A DNA stretch of 32,000 nucleotides from assembly GCF_000039765.1 (NCBI RefSeq), contig NC_004460.2, positions 1,530,001 to 1,562,000 of the forward strand, in the 5' to 3' direction. The DNA is from Vibrio vulnificus CMCP6 (GTDB lineage: Bacteria; Pseudomonadota; Gammaproteobacteria; Enterobacterales; Vibrionaceae). A program made the position numbers and the translations under genes. This document shows positions 8,014 through 15,329 of this stretch, in pieces. How positions within the stretch are numbered: the first letter of the stretch is position 1; each line of letters begins with the position of its first letter. The notes beneath the pieces were generated by a model, which was not told the origin of the DNA, did not search any database, and saw nothing but the letters and a program-made list of their open reading frames with translations.

Positions 8014-8769
8014 ATGAAATCCGATTTTTCGACCTTACTCGATTTTACTCACGTTAATATTTCACCTATTGAGCTTGAAGAGATCGTTTTGCGCGAATTG
8101 GCTCAAGCTGGTATCGAGAATGTTGTGTTCATGATTTTGGACCCTTATCAGGTGCCACGGTTGCAGTTTGATTTCGGATTTTCGAGCCAACAGTTGGACA
8201 TTTATCAGCAAAATCAACATCACGATTCATTCTTACAGTACTACCTGCGTAAGGGATTGATTGGTCAGTATCTTTATATGCAAGAGATGCTGCCAGTCAA
8301 ACAGATCCGCAACCCGGTTTTTCGCGAAGTACTGATCCCAACCATGAAACTTCATCATTCCTATTGCGGTTTGTTTAGACTGGTTGAGCACCACTACTTG
8401 ATGTTGAGTTGTCATAGTTTCAGCGCATTGCAGCCTAAGCAGCGTGATCATCTCAAGAGGTTGTGGCAGTTTTTGATCTCATGGGGCAACTGTTGGGTCG
8501 CCCAGCAAACCATGGCAAAACGACTTGCTCAGCTCAGCCCTATTCGCTCGATTGTGCATAACGGTGATGTACTGACGGATGCTGAATTGGAAGTGCTGGA
8601 ACTTCTGGTTCAAGGGATGGATGGCAGCGAAATTGCCCGCTATCGCTCTGTATCGAAAGAGACGGTTCGTACTCAGATTAAACGGATTTTGCACAAGACA
8701 GGATGCCGTCATCAAAATCAATTGATCTCGCGCTATTACCGTATCGGATCTTATTCTTTGGTTGTATAG
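8014..8769 (+). CDS. LuxR/GerE-family transcriptional regulator with an unassigned N-terminal domain of about 190 aa
   Basis: The C-terminal HTH is LTDAELEVLELLVQGMDGSEIARYRSVSKETVRTQIKRILHKTGCRHQNQLI. The ATG at 8014 follows a GAGG Shine-Dalgarno sequence. There is no receiver-domain Asp pocket and no recognisable autoinducer-binding motif. Confidence 0.88.
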   Translation: MKSDFSTLLDFTHVNISPIELEEIVLRELAQAGIENVVFMILDPYQVPRLQFDFGFSSQQLDIYQQNQHHDSFLQYYLRKGLIGQYLYMQEMLPVKQIRNPVFREVLIPTMKLHHSYCGLFRLVEHHYLMLSCHSFSALQPKQRDHLKRLWQFLISWGNCWVAQQTMAKRLAQLSPIRSIVHNGDVLTDAELEVLELLVQGMDGSEIARYRSVSKETVRTQIKRILHKTGCRHQNQLISRYYRIGSYSLVV

Positions 8770-8826
8770 ATAGCCTCTTGTTATTAATTCTATTGATGTA
8801 AATCAAACCCCGCTCAATTGCTCGTG

Positions 8827-8852
8827 CTTCGTCACCCACATGGGTGATGAAG
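8827..8852. promoter_or_regulatory. 26-bp inverted repeat CTTCGTCACCCA-CA-TGGGTGATGAAG between the luxR-type gene and the lipoprotein gene
   Basis: The 12-nt arms with one mismatch (a G:U pair if transcribed) were read directly. The repeat lies 58 nt after the regulator stop and 95 nt before the lipoprotein ATG. A second dyad, GTTGCG-N6-CGCAAC, is at 8886-8903. It could be an operator or an RNA hairpin, and which one is unresolved. Confidence 0.35.
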
Positions 8853-8946
8853 CGGCGGAGTTCCCTTTTTAAGCTGCCTATAACCGTTGCGTAACTGCGC
8901 AACATTGCGATGTGAGAAGAAAATAAAAAGGAATTCGGAGGGAATC

Positions 8947-11900
8947 ATGAGAGCCAATAAAATCGTCATTGCACTAAGCGTGGCGGGGATGGTCAGTTTG
9001 GTTGGATGTGGTAGTGACTCATCGGACAGCAGCACACCTGTGGTGCCTGATAGCTATAGTGTCACTGCCATTGATGGCTATCTTCACAATGCGAAGGTGT
9101 GGTTGGACACCACCCCTAATTGGGTTCACGATGATGGTGAGCCCATCGCGTACTCAAATCAGCAGGGCGTCGCGCAATTGGACGTCAGCAACGTTGCTAA
9201 CTACCAAAGTTTTCCTGTTATCGTGCAAGCGATAGCCGGTGAAACCATCGATACGGAAGGCGGAAATGTAGTGCCCATCACCGCGGGATACACCATGTCT
9301 GCCCCCGCAGGTGAAGCGGCCATCACGCCACTTTCTACCCTTGTTCATGTTGATATGGTGAATCGCCTGCAAGGCGAAACTGACCCCATACTCGTCGCCG
9401 CTCAGCAGCAACAATCGGTTGAGCGCATTGCCGAGCAGTTAGGTTTAACGGATGAACAAGTTTTGGGTGACTTCCTGGATGAAGAGCATCAACAAGCGGC
9501 ATTTGCGGCGCGCAGTTTGGTGACAGCAGGCGTCGTGCTAGCGGAAACTCCAGAACAATATCAAACCACGATGGATGACCCAGATGCTAGCCAAAAAATG
9601 GCGCACACTGCGGAACAGGTCAATAAGGACATTAAGCAGACCATCGAAAATACGACTGCAGAAGATCTGGCCGATAAGAAGCCTGAGTTTGATTATGATA
9701 CCGACAACGACGGCAACATGGACAATGATGGCGACGGTGTTCCAGATTCATTGGATGCTTATCCTGACGATGCAACGGAATACCGTAATTTTGATGGTGA
9801 TGAGCTGGGAGATAACGCCGACCCTGACGATGACAACGATGGGGTGAAGGATGTTGATGACCTATTCCCAAACGACAACACACAAGCGGGTGACCCAGAC
9901 AAGGATGGCTTTGATAGCTTGGTGGATCAATATCCAACCGATCCGAAATTGGCGGGGGATCATGACCAAGATGGTTATGACAGTGTGGTGGATGAGTTCC
10001 CGCAAGATGCCACCAAAGCGGGCGACCACGATAACGATGGCGTAGATAGCCTCGTTGATGCCTATCCCGATAATGCGGACAAATCAACCCAAGACCAAAG
10101 CACAGAGCTAAGCTATCGCTGGCCAACGGTGACCCACCTCGGTAAAGAAGCCAGAATTCTTGATGTGACCTATCACACAAGCGTCGAAACCTTTAACAGT
10201 GGCTTGGTCACCACGGAAGTTGAACGGACTTTCCGTACCGTAGAGGGGGATCTGCTGGGCGAAGAACACAGTATTGAACAGATGCAAAAAGATGGCAGCT
10301 TTAGCCGCATTAGCGAATGGCGTTATGACTTTAATTTAGACGGTGAGATTCTGTTTGTTGGTCAGTCCTTGGATATCGGGAACAAAACCGCGCAGGGTGA
10401 GCAGTATTGGAAATACATTGATGAAGCGGATGCCGCTTTGGAAGGGGCTGATAATGGCGGAGGACGCACGTTCGATGGCGTGAATTTTACCAGCCGACAA
10501 CATCCACAAACGTTACTGGGTATCGACACCATTCAATATGTGACCGTCACTCAGGGAACGGATGGTGAACTGGCTAGTGTGACGACGCAGTTGGATCAAT
10601 TTGTCGTCAATGGCTTCAAGATCGATGACGCCACCACCCACGTGAAAGATTATGCCTACCGTGGCGTAGAAAAACGTCGCGAACAGATCCCTGTTTGGCT
10701 GGAAGAACACCGGGATTGGCAAGCCAATGGATCGACAAACCAATACCGCCTGCTCGTTGCTGACAGCGAAAACACCTATCGCTTAACGGAGCATCAGCCT
10801 ATTTGGTCGAGCCCAACAGACAGCAGCTACGAAGAGTACGCTGACTATAACTACAACAACCAAAAATGGGAAAATCGCACCGCGTATTGGGTGGAAAGAA
10901 CCACTGAGTTGTTGGCAGACAGCAGTACGAAAGTATCTGGCTCGCGCTACTTGCTTGCCGATTCGGATGCCATAAAACGCACGTCGTCAGAGAAGCCAGA
11001 TGGTGAGAAGTTCAGTGAGTTCTCACTTCATGAGCGCACAATATCTGCCACGGAGAAACGCGCTTACGAAACTTGGCATCATATTGCACTGGAAGGGTAC
11101 GATTTTACCGCGTCCGCGAATGTATTTGGTCATCAATACACGGTGTTCAATTTGTATGACGACATCTGGATGGGTTACAGCTATACCCAGTGGTTTGATC
11201 GCAATATCGACTTGATCGCTGAAGTGGATCGCTTGCTAGAGCAAGGCGTGCCGGTTGACCAAATTACGCCAGAGATGATTCCGAATTTGAATCTCTATGC
11301 CAAACCTGCGTTTACACCATCATTCCGTTACCACGACAATGGCGATCCGCGCGTGTGGTATTTGGTCACCGATGATCCTTTCTATGACGCATCGGGTTAT
11401 GTCATGCAAGCGATTACCTTTACTCCAGGTGGATTGGCCAATGCGTTTGATGTGTTCGATGTGGTGAACGGTATTTATTTACTGAAAGGCAAAGTTGAGC
11501 AGCCTCAACAGTGGCAGGAGATCATTCCTCGAGCGATCTTTATGCTCAATGCGCAAGCGGACAGCAGCGGCATTTCGTTTATGACCGAGCGAGGCGATGA
11601 GTACTTTGCCAGCCGTGAAAAAGCGCAGCAGCGTTTGAAAGTGCTGCAAGCACAGCAATCACTCTGCACATATGGTGACACGGGTTGGGATGAACAAAAT
11701 AATCGCCCAGCAGGTTCACCGACTGAAGCGGATTTCTATCAAGCGTTAGAGACGTGTTTGTACCTACCGCTGACCCCAGAGCAGTTAGTAACAATGCAAT
11801 GGCACTACTATGATGCCGAAGACCGCGTGCACGAAAGTTACCTCTTCTATGAAGAGGGGGCAGGGGTGATGCTTGAAAACGGCAATTATCTCAAGGACCT

Positions 11901-12615
11901 AACGTGGACTATCAATGACAAAGGGATAGTGATTATTCAGTTCCCAATGGCTGACGATGTGGATATGTTTGCTCTCACTGGCGAGCATAAAACTGGTTAC
12001 TACCTCAAAGGGTACTTCCAATGGAACGAAGTGGTTACCGAAGGAGAAATCGAGAGACTCTCCGAAATCGCCGCTGTCGACTACATGAAATATGCGCCAC
12101 AGCTCGATCCCGCGGTGAGCTGTGATACGGGCAATACCCCTTGGGATGAACCCAATGACAAACCCGTATACTACGAAAGCTTTGAAGCTTATCAAGCCGC
12201 AGTGGCGCAATGTAAAGCCCAAATGGGGGACGGAAGCGTACTGACTGCCGAACTCATGGCTGGCACCGATAGCGGCAAAAGCGCTTATTGGGCGGTGGGC
12301 TATTACGAGTACATCGATCAGCAACGTGTGTTTACCGCTGACGAATGGCTTTACTTTAATCCGCAGGGCACTGGGGCGTTTGTCGATGCTGAGGATGGAG
12401 AGTTTCCGTTTAACTGGGCGATAGAAAACGGTCAGTTGAGGATTGACGTCACACACGCTGATTACGTCGGTTCTTACGAAATCAGCGAACTGATCAATTC
12501 AGACGCCACCGATCTGTCCTTAAAAAGCTTTTGGCACAGTACGGAGTGGAGCGATGTGAACGCGGGAGAAGGCGAAATCCTCGATCAAGTTTATCGTTTT
12601 GATGGTTTCCGCTAA
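8947..12615 (+). CDS. Large lipoprotein (1222 aa) with thrombospondin-type-3-like calcium-binding repeats; remainder uncharacterised
   Basis: The ATG at 8947 follows a GGAGGG Shine-Dalgarno sequence. The lipoprotein signal is MRANKIVIALSVAGMVSLVG-C-GSDSS. Five acidic DxDxDGxxDxxD-x-(Y/F)P units occupy track residues 269-399. I found no HExxH or GxSxG motif. The C-terminal 316 aa are an internal duplication. Confidence 0.9.
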   Translation: MRANKIVIALSVAGMVSLVGCGSDSSDSSTPVVPDSYSVTAIDGYLHNAKVWLDTTPNWVHDDGEPIAYSNQQGVAQLDVSNVANYQSFPVIVQAIAGETIDTEGGNVVPITAGYTMSAPAGEAAITPLSTLVHVDMVNRLQGETDPILVAAQQQQSVERIAEQLGLTDEQVLGDFLDEEHQQAAFAARSLVTAGVVLAETPEQYQTTMDDPDASQKMAHTAEQVNKDIKQTIENTTAEDLADKKPEFDYDTDNDGNMDNDGDGVPDSLDAYPDDATEYRNFDGDELGDNADPDDDNDGVKDVDDLFPNDNTQAGDPDKDGFDSLVDQYPTDPKLAGDHDQDGYDSVVDEFPQDATKAGDHDNDGVDSLVDAYPDNADKSTQDQSTELSYRWPTVTHLGKEARILDVTYHTSVETFNSGLVTTEVERTFRTVEGDLLGEEHSIEQMQKDGSFSRISEWRYDFNLDGEILFVGQSLDIGNKTAQGEQYWKYIDEADAALEGADNGGGRTFDGVNFTSRQHPQTLLGIDTIQYVTVTQGTDGELASVTTQLDQFVVNGFKIDDATTHVKDYAYRGVEKRREQIPVWLEEHRDWQANGSTNQYRLLVADSENTYRLTEHQPIWSSPTDSSYEEYADYNYNNQKWENRTAYWVERTTELLADSSTKVSGSRYLLADSDAIKRTSSEKPDGEKFSEFSLHERTISATEKRAYETWHHIALEGYDFTASANVFGHQYTVFNLYDDIWMGYSYTQWFDRNIDLIAEVDRLLEQGVPVDQITPEMIPNLNLYAKPAFTPSFRYHDNGDPRVWYLVTDDPFYDASGYVMQAITFTPGGLANAFDVFDVVNGIYLLKGKVEQPQQWQEIIPRAIFMLNAQADSSGISFMTERGDEYFASREKAQQRLKVLQAQQSLCTYGDTGWDEQNNRPAGSPTEADFYQALETCLYLPLTPEQLVTMQWHYYDAEDRVHESYLFYEEGAGVMLENGNYLKDLTWTINDKGIVIIQFPMADDVDMFALTGEHKTGYYLKGYFQWNEVVTEGEIERLSEIAAVDYMKYAPQLDPAVSCDTGNTPWDEPNDKPVYYESFEAYQAAVAQCKAQMGDGSVLTAELMAGTDSGKSAYWAVGYYEYIDQQRVFTADEWLYFNPQGTGAFVDAEDGEFPFNWAIENGQLRIDVTHADYVGSYEISELINSDATDLSLKSFWHSTEWSDVNAGEGEILDQVYRFDGFR
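9886..10083 (+). repeat. Three tandem 66-bp (22-codon) in-frame repeats inside the lipoprotein gene
   Basis: The three units are AGDPDKDGFDSLVDQYPTDPKL, AGDHDQDGYDSVVDEFPQDATK and AGDHDNDGVDSLVDAYPDNADK. They are diverged at the DNA level. Two looser units lie upstream, starting at 9691. Confidence 0.85.
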
Positions 12616-12651
12616 CCCTTTGTGTTTAGACGAGAATCACTAAGAGTGTCG

Positions 12652-12680
12652 AATGGGCTGTTTTTTCAGCCCATTTTTTA
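12652..12680 (+). terminator. Rho-independent terminator of the lipoprotein gene
   Basis: The stem AATGGGCTG / CAGCCCATT encloses the loop TTTTTT and is followed by TTTTA. It lies 37 nt after the stop codon. Confidence 0.8.
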
Positions 12681-12819
12681 TTGTCTCTCTGGCTCAATAC
12701 ATGCGCCATGAAAACAGGATTTTGGTTGTAATGCCTGCTTTGCTTATAACACCTTCGCATTATCACTTCTTATATTGACATATCTATAATTAACCCAGTG
12801 CGGTAGAAAGGAGAAAGCG

Positions 12820-13029
12820 ATGAAGGTTGTTGTTGAGTTCCTCGAGTCAGGACGCTTCAGGGATAACTTTTGGGATGGCGAATTCAGAGTGGAAAAAGGT
12901 GAGCACAGAGCAGTAAGCCCTTCGTTAGCAGCTCAACTCATTCACAACCGACAAGCCTCTCTCTATCATTCTGACGATCCCGATCAGACGGCGTTTATCA
13001 ACCCTGCTGACGGTACGCCAATGAAGTAA
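12820..13029 (+). CDS. Small hypothetical protein (69 aa)
   Basis: A strong Shine-Dalgarno sequence (GAAAGGAGAAAGCG) precedes the ATG. The gene has its own terminator downstream and is soluble and acidic (MKVVVEFLESGRFRDNFWDGEFRVEKGEHR...). I recognise no family. Confidence 0.65.
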   Translation: MKVVVEFLESGRFRDNFWDGEFRVEKGEHRAVSPSLAAQLIHNRQASLYHSDDPDQTAFINPADGTPMK

Positions 13030-13052
13030 ACCCAAACCGAATAGGTAAACGA

Positions 13053-13090
13053 CCACCAAGGAACGTTGCTTCCTTTGGTGGCCGTTTTGT
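13053..13090 (+). terminator. Rho-independent terminator of the 69-aa gene
   Basis: The stem CCACCAAGGAA / TTCCTTTGGTGG has one bulged T and the loop CGTTGC. It is followed by CCGTTTTGTGTG. Confidence 0.7.
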
Positions 13091-13241
13091 GTGTGCTGGT
13101 ATGCCAGAAAAATGCACTGGACCCGCCGAAAGTGTCTTATCCGTGATGTGCGGAGTTAAATAATCCCAAGTTAGAGGGAGGTGGTGCGTCATTTGACGGC
13201 TTTCTATCATCTGTTGGCGCGCAAAAATAGCCGGGAACAGA

Positions 13242-13262
13242 AAAGGGACCAATGGTCCCTTT
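13242..13262 (-). terminator. Terminator hairpin downstream of the 580-aa gene
   Basis: The stem AAAGGGACC / GGTCCCTTT has a 3-nt loop. On the minus strand it runs into TTTTCTGTT. Confidence 0.55.
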
Positions 13263-13288
13263 GGATAAACGCATCATCGTGAAAGTGA

Positions 13289-15025
13289 TTATTGGTTGGC
13301 AACATTCATTGATGACTTATCAATGCGGTAGTCGTAACGCATTTCTAGGCCTTTATCATTGGCATCAAAAACAAAATTGAGTGTTGCTTCCACCGTTAAT
13401 GCCTCACTGACTTCTTCTGGAATTGGCTCACCGCTGAGCTCAGAAGCCATCGTTGCGAATTCGAGTATGCGTGAGGTGTTCATATAGGCTTGCCATAAAC
13501 CCCCTGCTTCTAACGGCTGCTTGAGCACGACTTCTGACCCTATCGCGGCCTTATCACCAGCATAGAGCGTGAGGTGTTTGTCGTTCATGCGTGCAAAGAG
13601 TGGCGTTTTCATTCCCGTTTGCGCTTCAACCAGTGCACTGAGATCTACGGCTTGACCATTGGGTTCAATGTTCACTTCTGCCAACTGTGGAACAAACATT
13701 TTTGCCGTTTGCACCAGCAGCGATGGATCGTCCGCAGAGAGGCTGAATAGGAAATCCAGTTTTTCAAATTCAGGTCCATACTGGCCTTGTAAGTTCATCG
13801 TAATATCATTCAGGCTAAACTGAATGCCTTTTACGCCATTTACCATGCCTGCGCCCATGCTCACGGCCGCAGCTGGGTTTTCACCTCGAACCTCTCGTTG
13901 GACTTCTGCGAGGAGTTCACAAGAGTAACTTGGTTGCGTCAAATCATTCCAAATATTGCTGATCGCTGGCGCTAATTTGGCGACATCTAAGCCAAAGCTG
14001 ATACCAAAGATGCTGTCACGGTTAATTTCATCACTAGGAATAAAGCCGCGTACGGTTTTGAGTGCATTGATCAGAACTTGGTTGTTGCTCTCGACGACAA
14101 TGCTGCCATCCATAACCAGTTGTTTGTCTTTAGATTGGTAACTCGCGACAGACACAATACGAGGCCAATTGTTGGCGATGGCCGTCAGTTCAGTATGACA
14201 AGTCGGCTGACGCAGCACGTCAATTTGATCTTCTGGAGAGAGCTGTTGCAGCACATCAATTTGACGAGCCAACTGGTTGCTGCCTTTCAGCGTGATCCCT
14301 TTGATCACTTCTTGGTTATCAAGGTAGGCGTAAAATTGGTAATTTTGGCCATATTTAGTTTGAAGCGCGGCTAACTTGCCGCTATCTGCAAACGAGTGTT
14401 GAGGTTTTTCTGCCCCAAGTGCCATTTTCAATGTGTTCTCAGCGCCAAACATCGGGACATCGAGCGTGAAGGTGACTACCTTGCCTTCAAGGGCGATCAC
14501 AAAACCAAGGTTTTGTTCTGCGCTTGGCTCTGTCGCGAGAACATAGCGGCGGTAATCGGCTTGGCCAAGTTTACCGACTTCATGCGTCGCGCCTGTCTCT
14601 TTTTCCTTTTTATCGATGGTGGCCCAGAACGCAGTTGGGTTTTCAATCTCGAATTTGTAAACCGGTACCATGCCTAAGGTGTAGAGCAGTGGTTTCACGT
14701 TGTCGCCCGTACCGAGGTAGTTCTTGAGGCTTTGTTCATTGTTGGCGCTGTTAAGATAGCCATCAAAGTAGGCGAGAAGAAAGGCTTGCTCTGGGGTGAG
14801 CTCTTTCAGATCAAACGCATCGGCGAAGCTTTCATTCTGATAACCCATAGAGGTTAAGTATTCGTAATGATTAATGGCGTTGGTCTGCAAAGAGATCAGC
14901 GGGGTATCCGCGGGTACATAAGCCAAGAAGTCATCGCCTGCTTGAGTATTGAGTCCTACTTTATAGAAATACGCGCCACTAACGGCAGCCGCTGCAACTG
15001 CAGAAGCGAGGATAATTTTATTCAC
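13289..15025 (-). CDS. Hypothetical membrane-anchored (N-terminal TM or signal-anchor) protein with a large periplasmic part, about 578 aa
   Basis: The N-terminus is (M)VVNKIILASAVAAAAVSGAYFYKV and the rest is hydrophilic with only 2 Cys. The track start is a TTG at 15031. The GTG at 15025 lies 6 nt after an ACGGAG Shine-Dalgarno sequence. I see no motif I can name. Confidence 0.75.
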   Translation of the reverse strand: MNKIILASAVAAAAVSGAYFYKVGLNTQAGDDFLAYVPADTPLISLQTNAINHYEYLTSMGYQNESFADAFDLKELTPEQAFLLAYFDGYLNSANNEQSLKNYLGTGDNVKPLLYTLGMVPVYKFEIENPTAFWATIDKKEKETGATHEVGKLGQADYRRYVLATEPSAEQNLGFVIALEGKVVTFTLDVPMFGAENTLKMALGAEKPQHSFADSGKLAALQTKYGQNYQFYAYLDNQEVIKGITLKGSNQLARQIDVLQQLSPEDQIDVLRQPTCHTELTAIANNWPRIVSVASYQSKDKQLVMDGSIVVESNNQVLINALKTVRGFIPSDEINRDSIFGISFGLDVAKLAPAISNIWNDLTQPSYSCELLAEVQREVRGENPAAAVSMGAGMVNGVKGIQFSLNDITMNLQGQYGPEFEKLDFLFSLSADDPSLLVQTAKMFVPQLAEVNIEPNGQAVDLSALVEAQTGMKTPLFARMNDKHLTLYAGDKAAIGSEVVLKQPLEAGGLWQAYMNTSRILEFATMASELSGEPIPEEVSEALTVEATLNFVFDANDKGLEMRYDYRIDKSSMNVANQ

Positions 15026-15292
15026 GACCAACTCCGTTGTCTGTTATTGACTCTCTCATCTCTCGCTCTATGCAAACGAGTGGGAGAGTTTTGAACATTG
15101 ATAATAAAACAAAACACCATGCTATATATGCAATTGGTTTTGCAGTCTCATCATATATAAGTTGGCTTATTATTCAATGCGTTATTTATTGAGATGAGTG
15201 TTGTGTCTCTGCTTTTGGAATCGGTCAGACATTCAGCGATGGCGTCGAGGTGAAGAAGAAGAAGGTGGAGGAAAAGGGGACTAGGGAAAAAG

Positions 15293-15317
15293 CAGAGCCA
15301 GCACGTGGCTGGCTCTG
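15293..15317 (-). terminator. Rho-independent terminator of the M3 peptidase gene
   Basis: The stem CAGAGCCAGC / GCTGGCTCTG is followed on the minus strand by CTTTTTCC and a long pyrimidine-rich tract. Confidence 0.7.
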
Positions 15318-15329
15318 GATATCGATCAT

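Noticed and set aside
9632-10180. 182-aa antisense ORF rich in His, Arg and Pro, opposite the TSP3 repeat region of the lipoprotein gene
   Set aside because: It is the mirror image of GAY/GGY-rich Asp/Gly codons on the sense strand. It has no Shine-Dalgarno sequence and a low-complexity composition. The sense frame has a signal peptide, motifs and a length that explain the region.
12775-12790. Perfect consensus hexamers TTGACA (12775-12780) and TATAAT (12785-12790) upstream of the 69-aa gene
   Set aside because: They are only 4 nt apart, which is incompatible with the roughly 17-nt sigma-70 spacer, so they cannot work together as a -35/-10 pair. TATAAT might still serve as a -10 with a poor -35. 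I list TTGGTT-N17-TATAAC (12722-12750) as the better-spaced alternative.
12998-13252. 84-aa minus-strand ORF in the gap between the 69-aa gene and the 580-aa gene
   Set aside because: It runs straight through two terminator hairpins (13053-13081 and 13242-13262) and overlaps the end of the 69-aa gene. It has no Shine-Dalgarno sequence.
15070-15192. 40-codon + strand ORF (MQTSGRVLNIDNKTKHHAIYAIGFAVSSYISWLIIQCVIY) with a hydrophobic tail in the promoter region of the 580-aa gene
   Set aside because: It has no Shine-Dalgarno sequence. The hydrophobic tail is what AT-rich promoter DNA yields when translated (Ile, Phe, Tyr codons). Nothing else supports it.
15247-15295. Roughly 50-nt purine-rich tract (GAAGAAGAAGAAGGTGGAGGAAAAGGGGACTAGGGAAAAAG) containing Shine-Dalgarno-like GGAGG
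   Set aside because: No ORF follows it on the + strand, where ATGGCGTCGAGGTGA is only 4 codons. On the minus strand it is simply the pyrimidine- and U-rich trail after the peptidase terminator.
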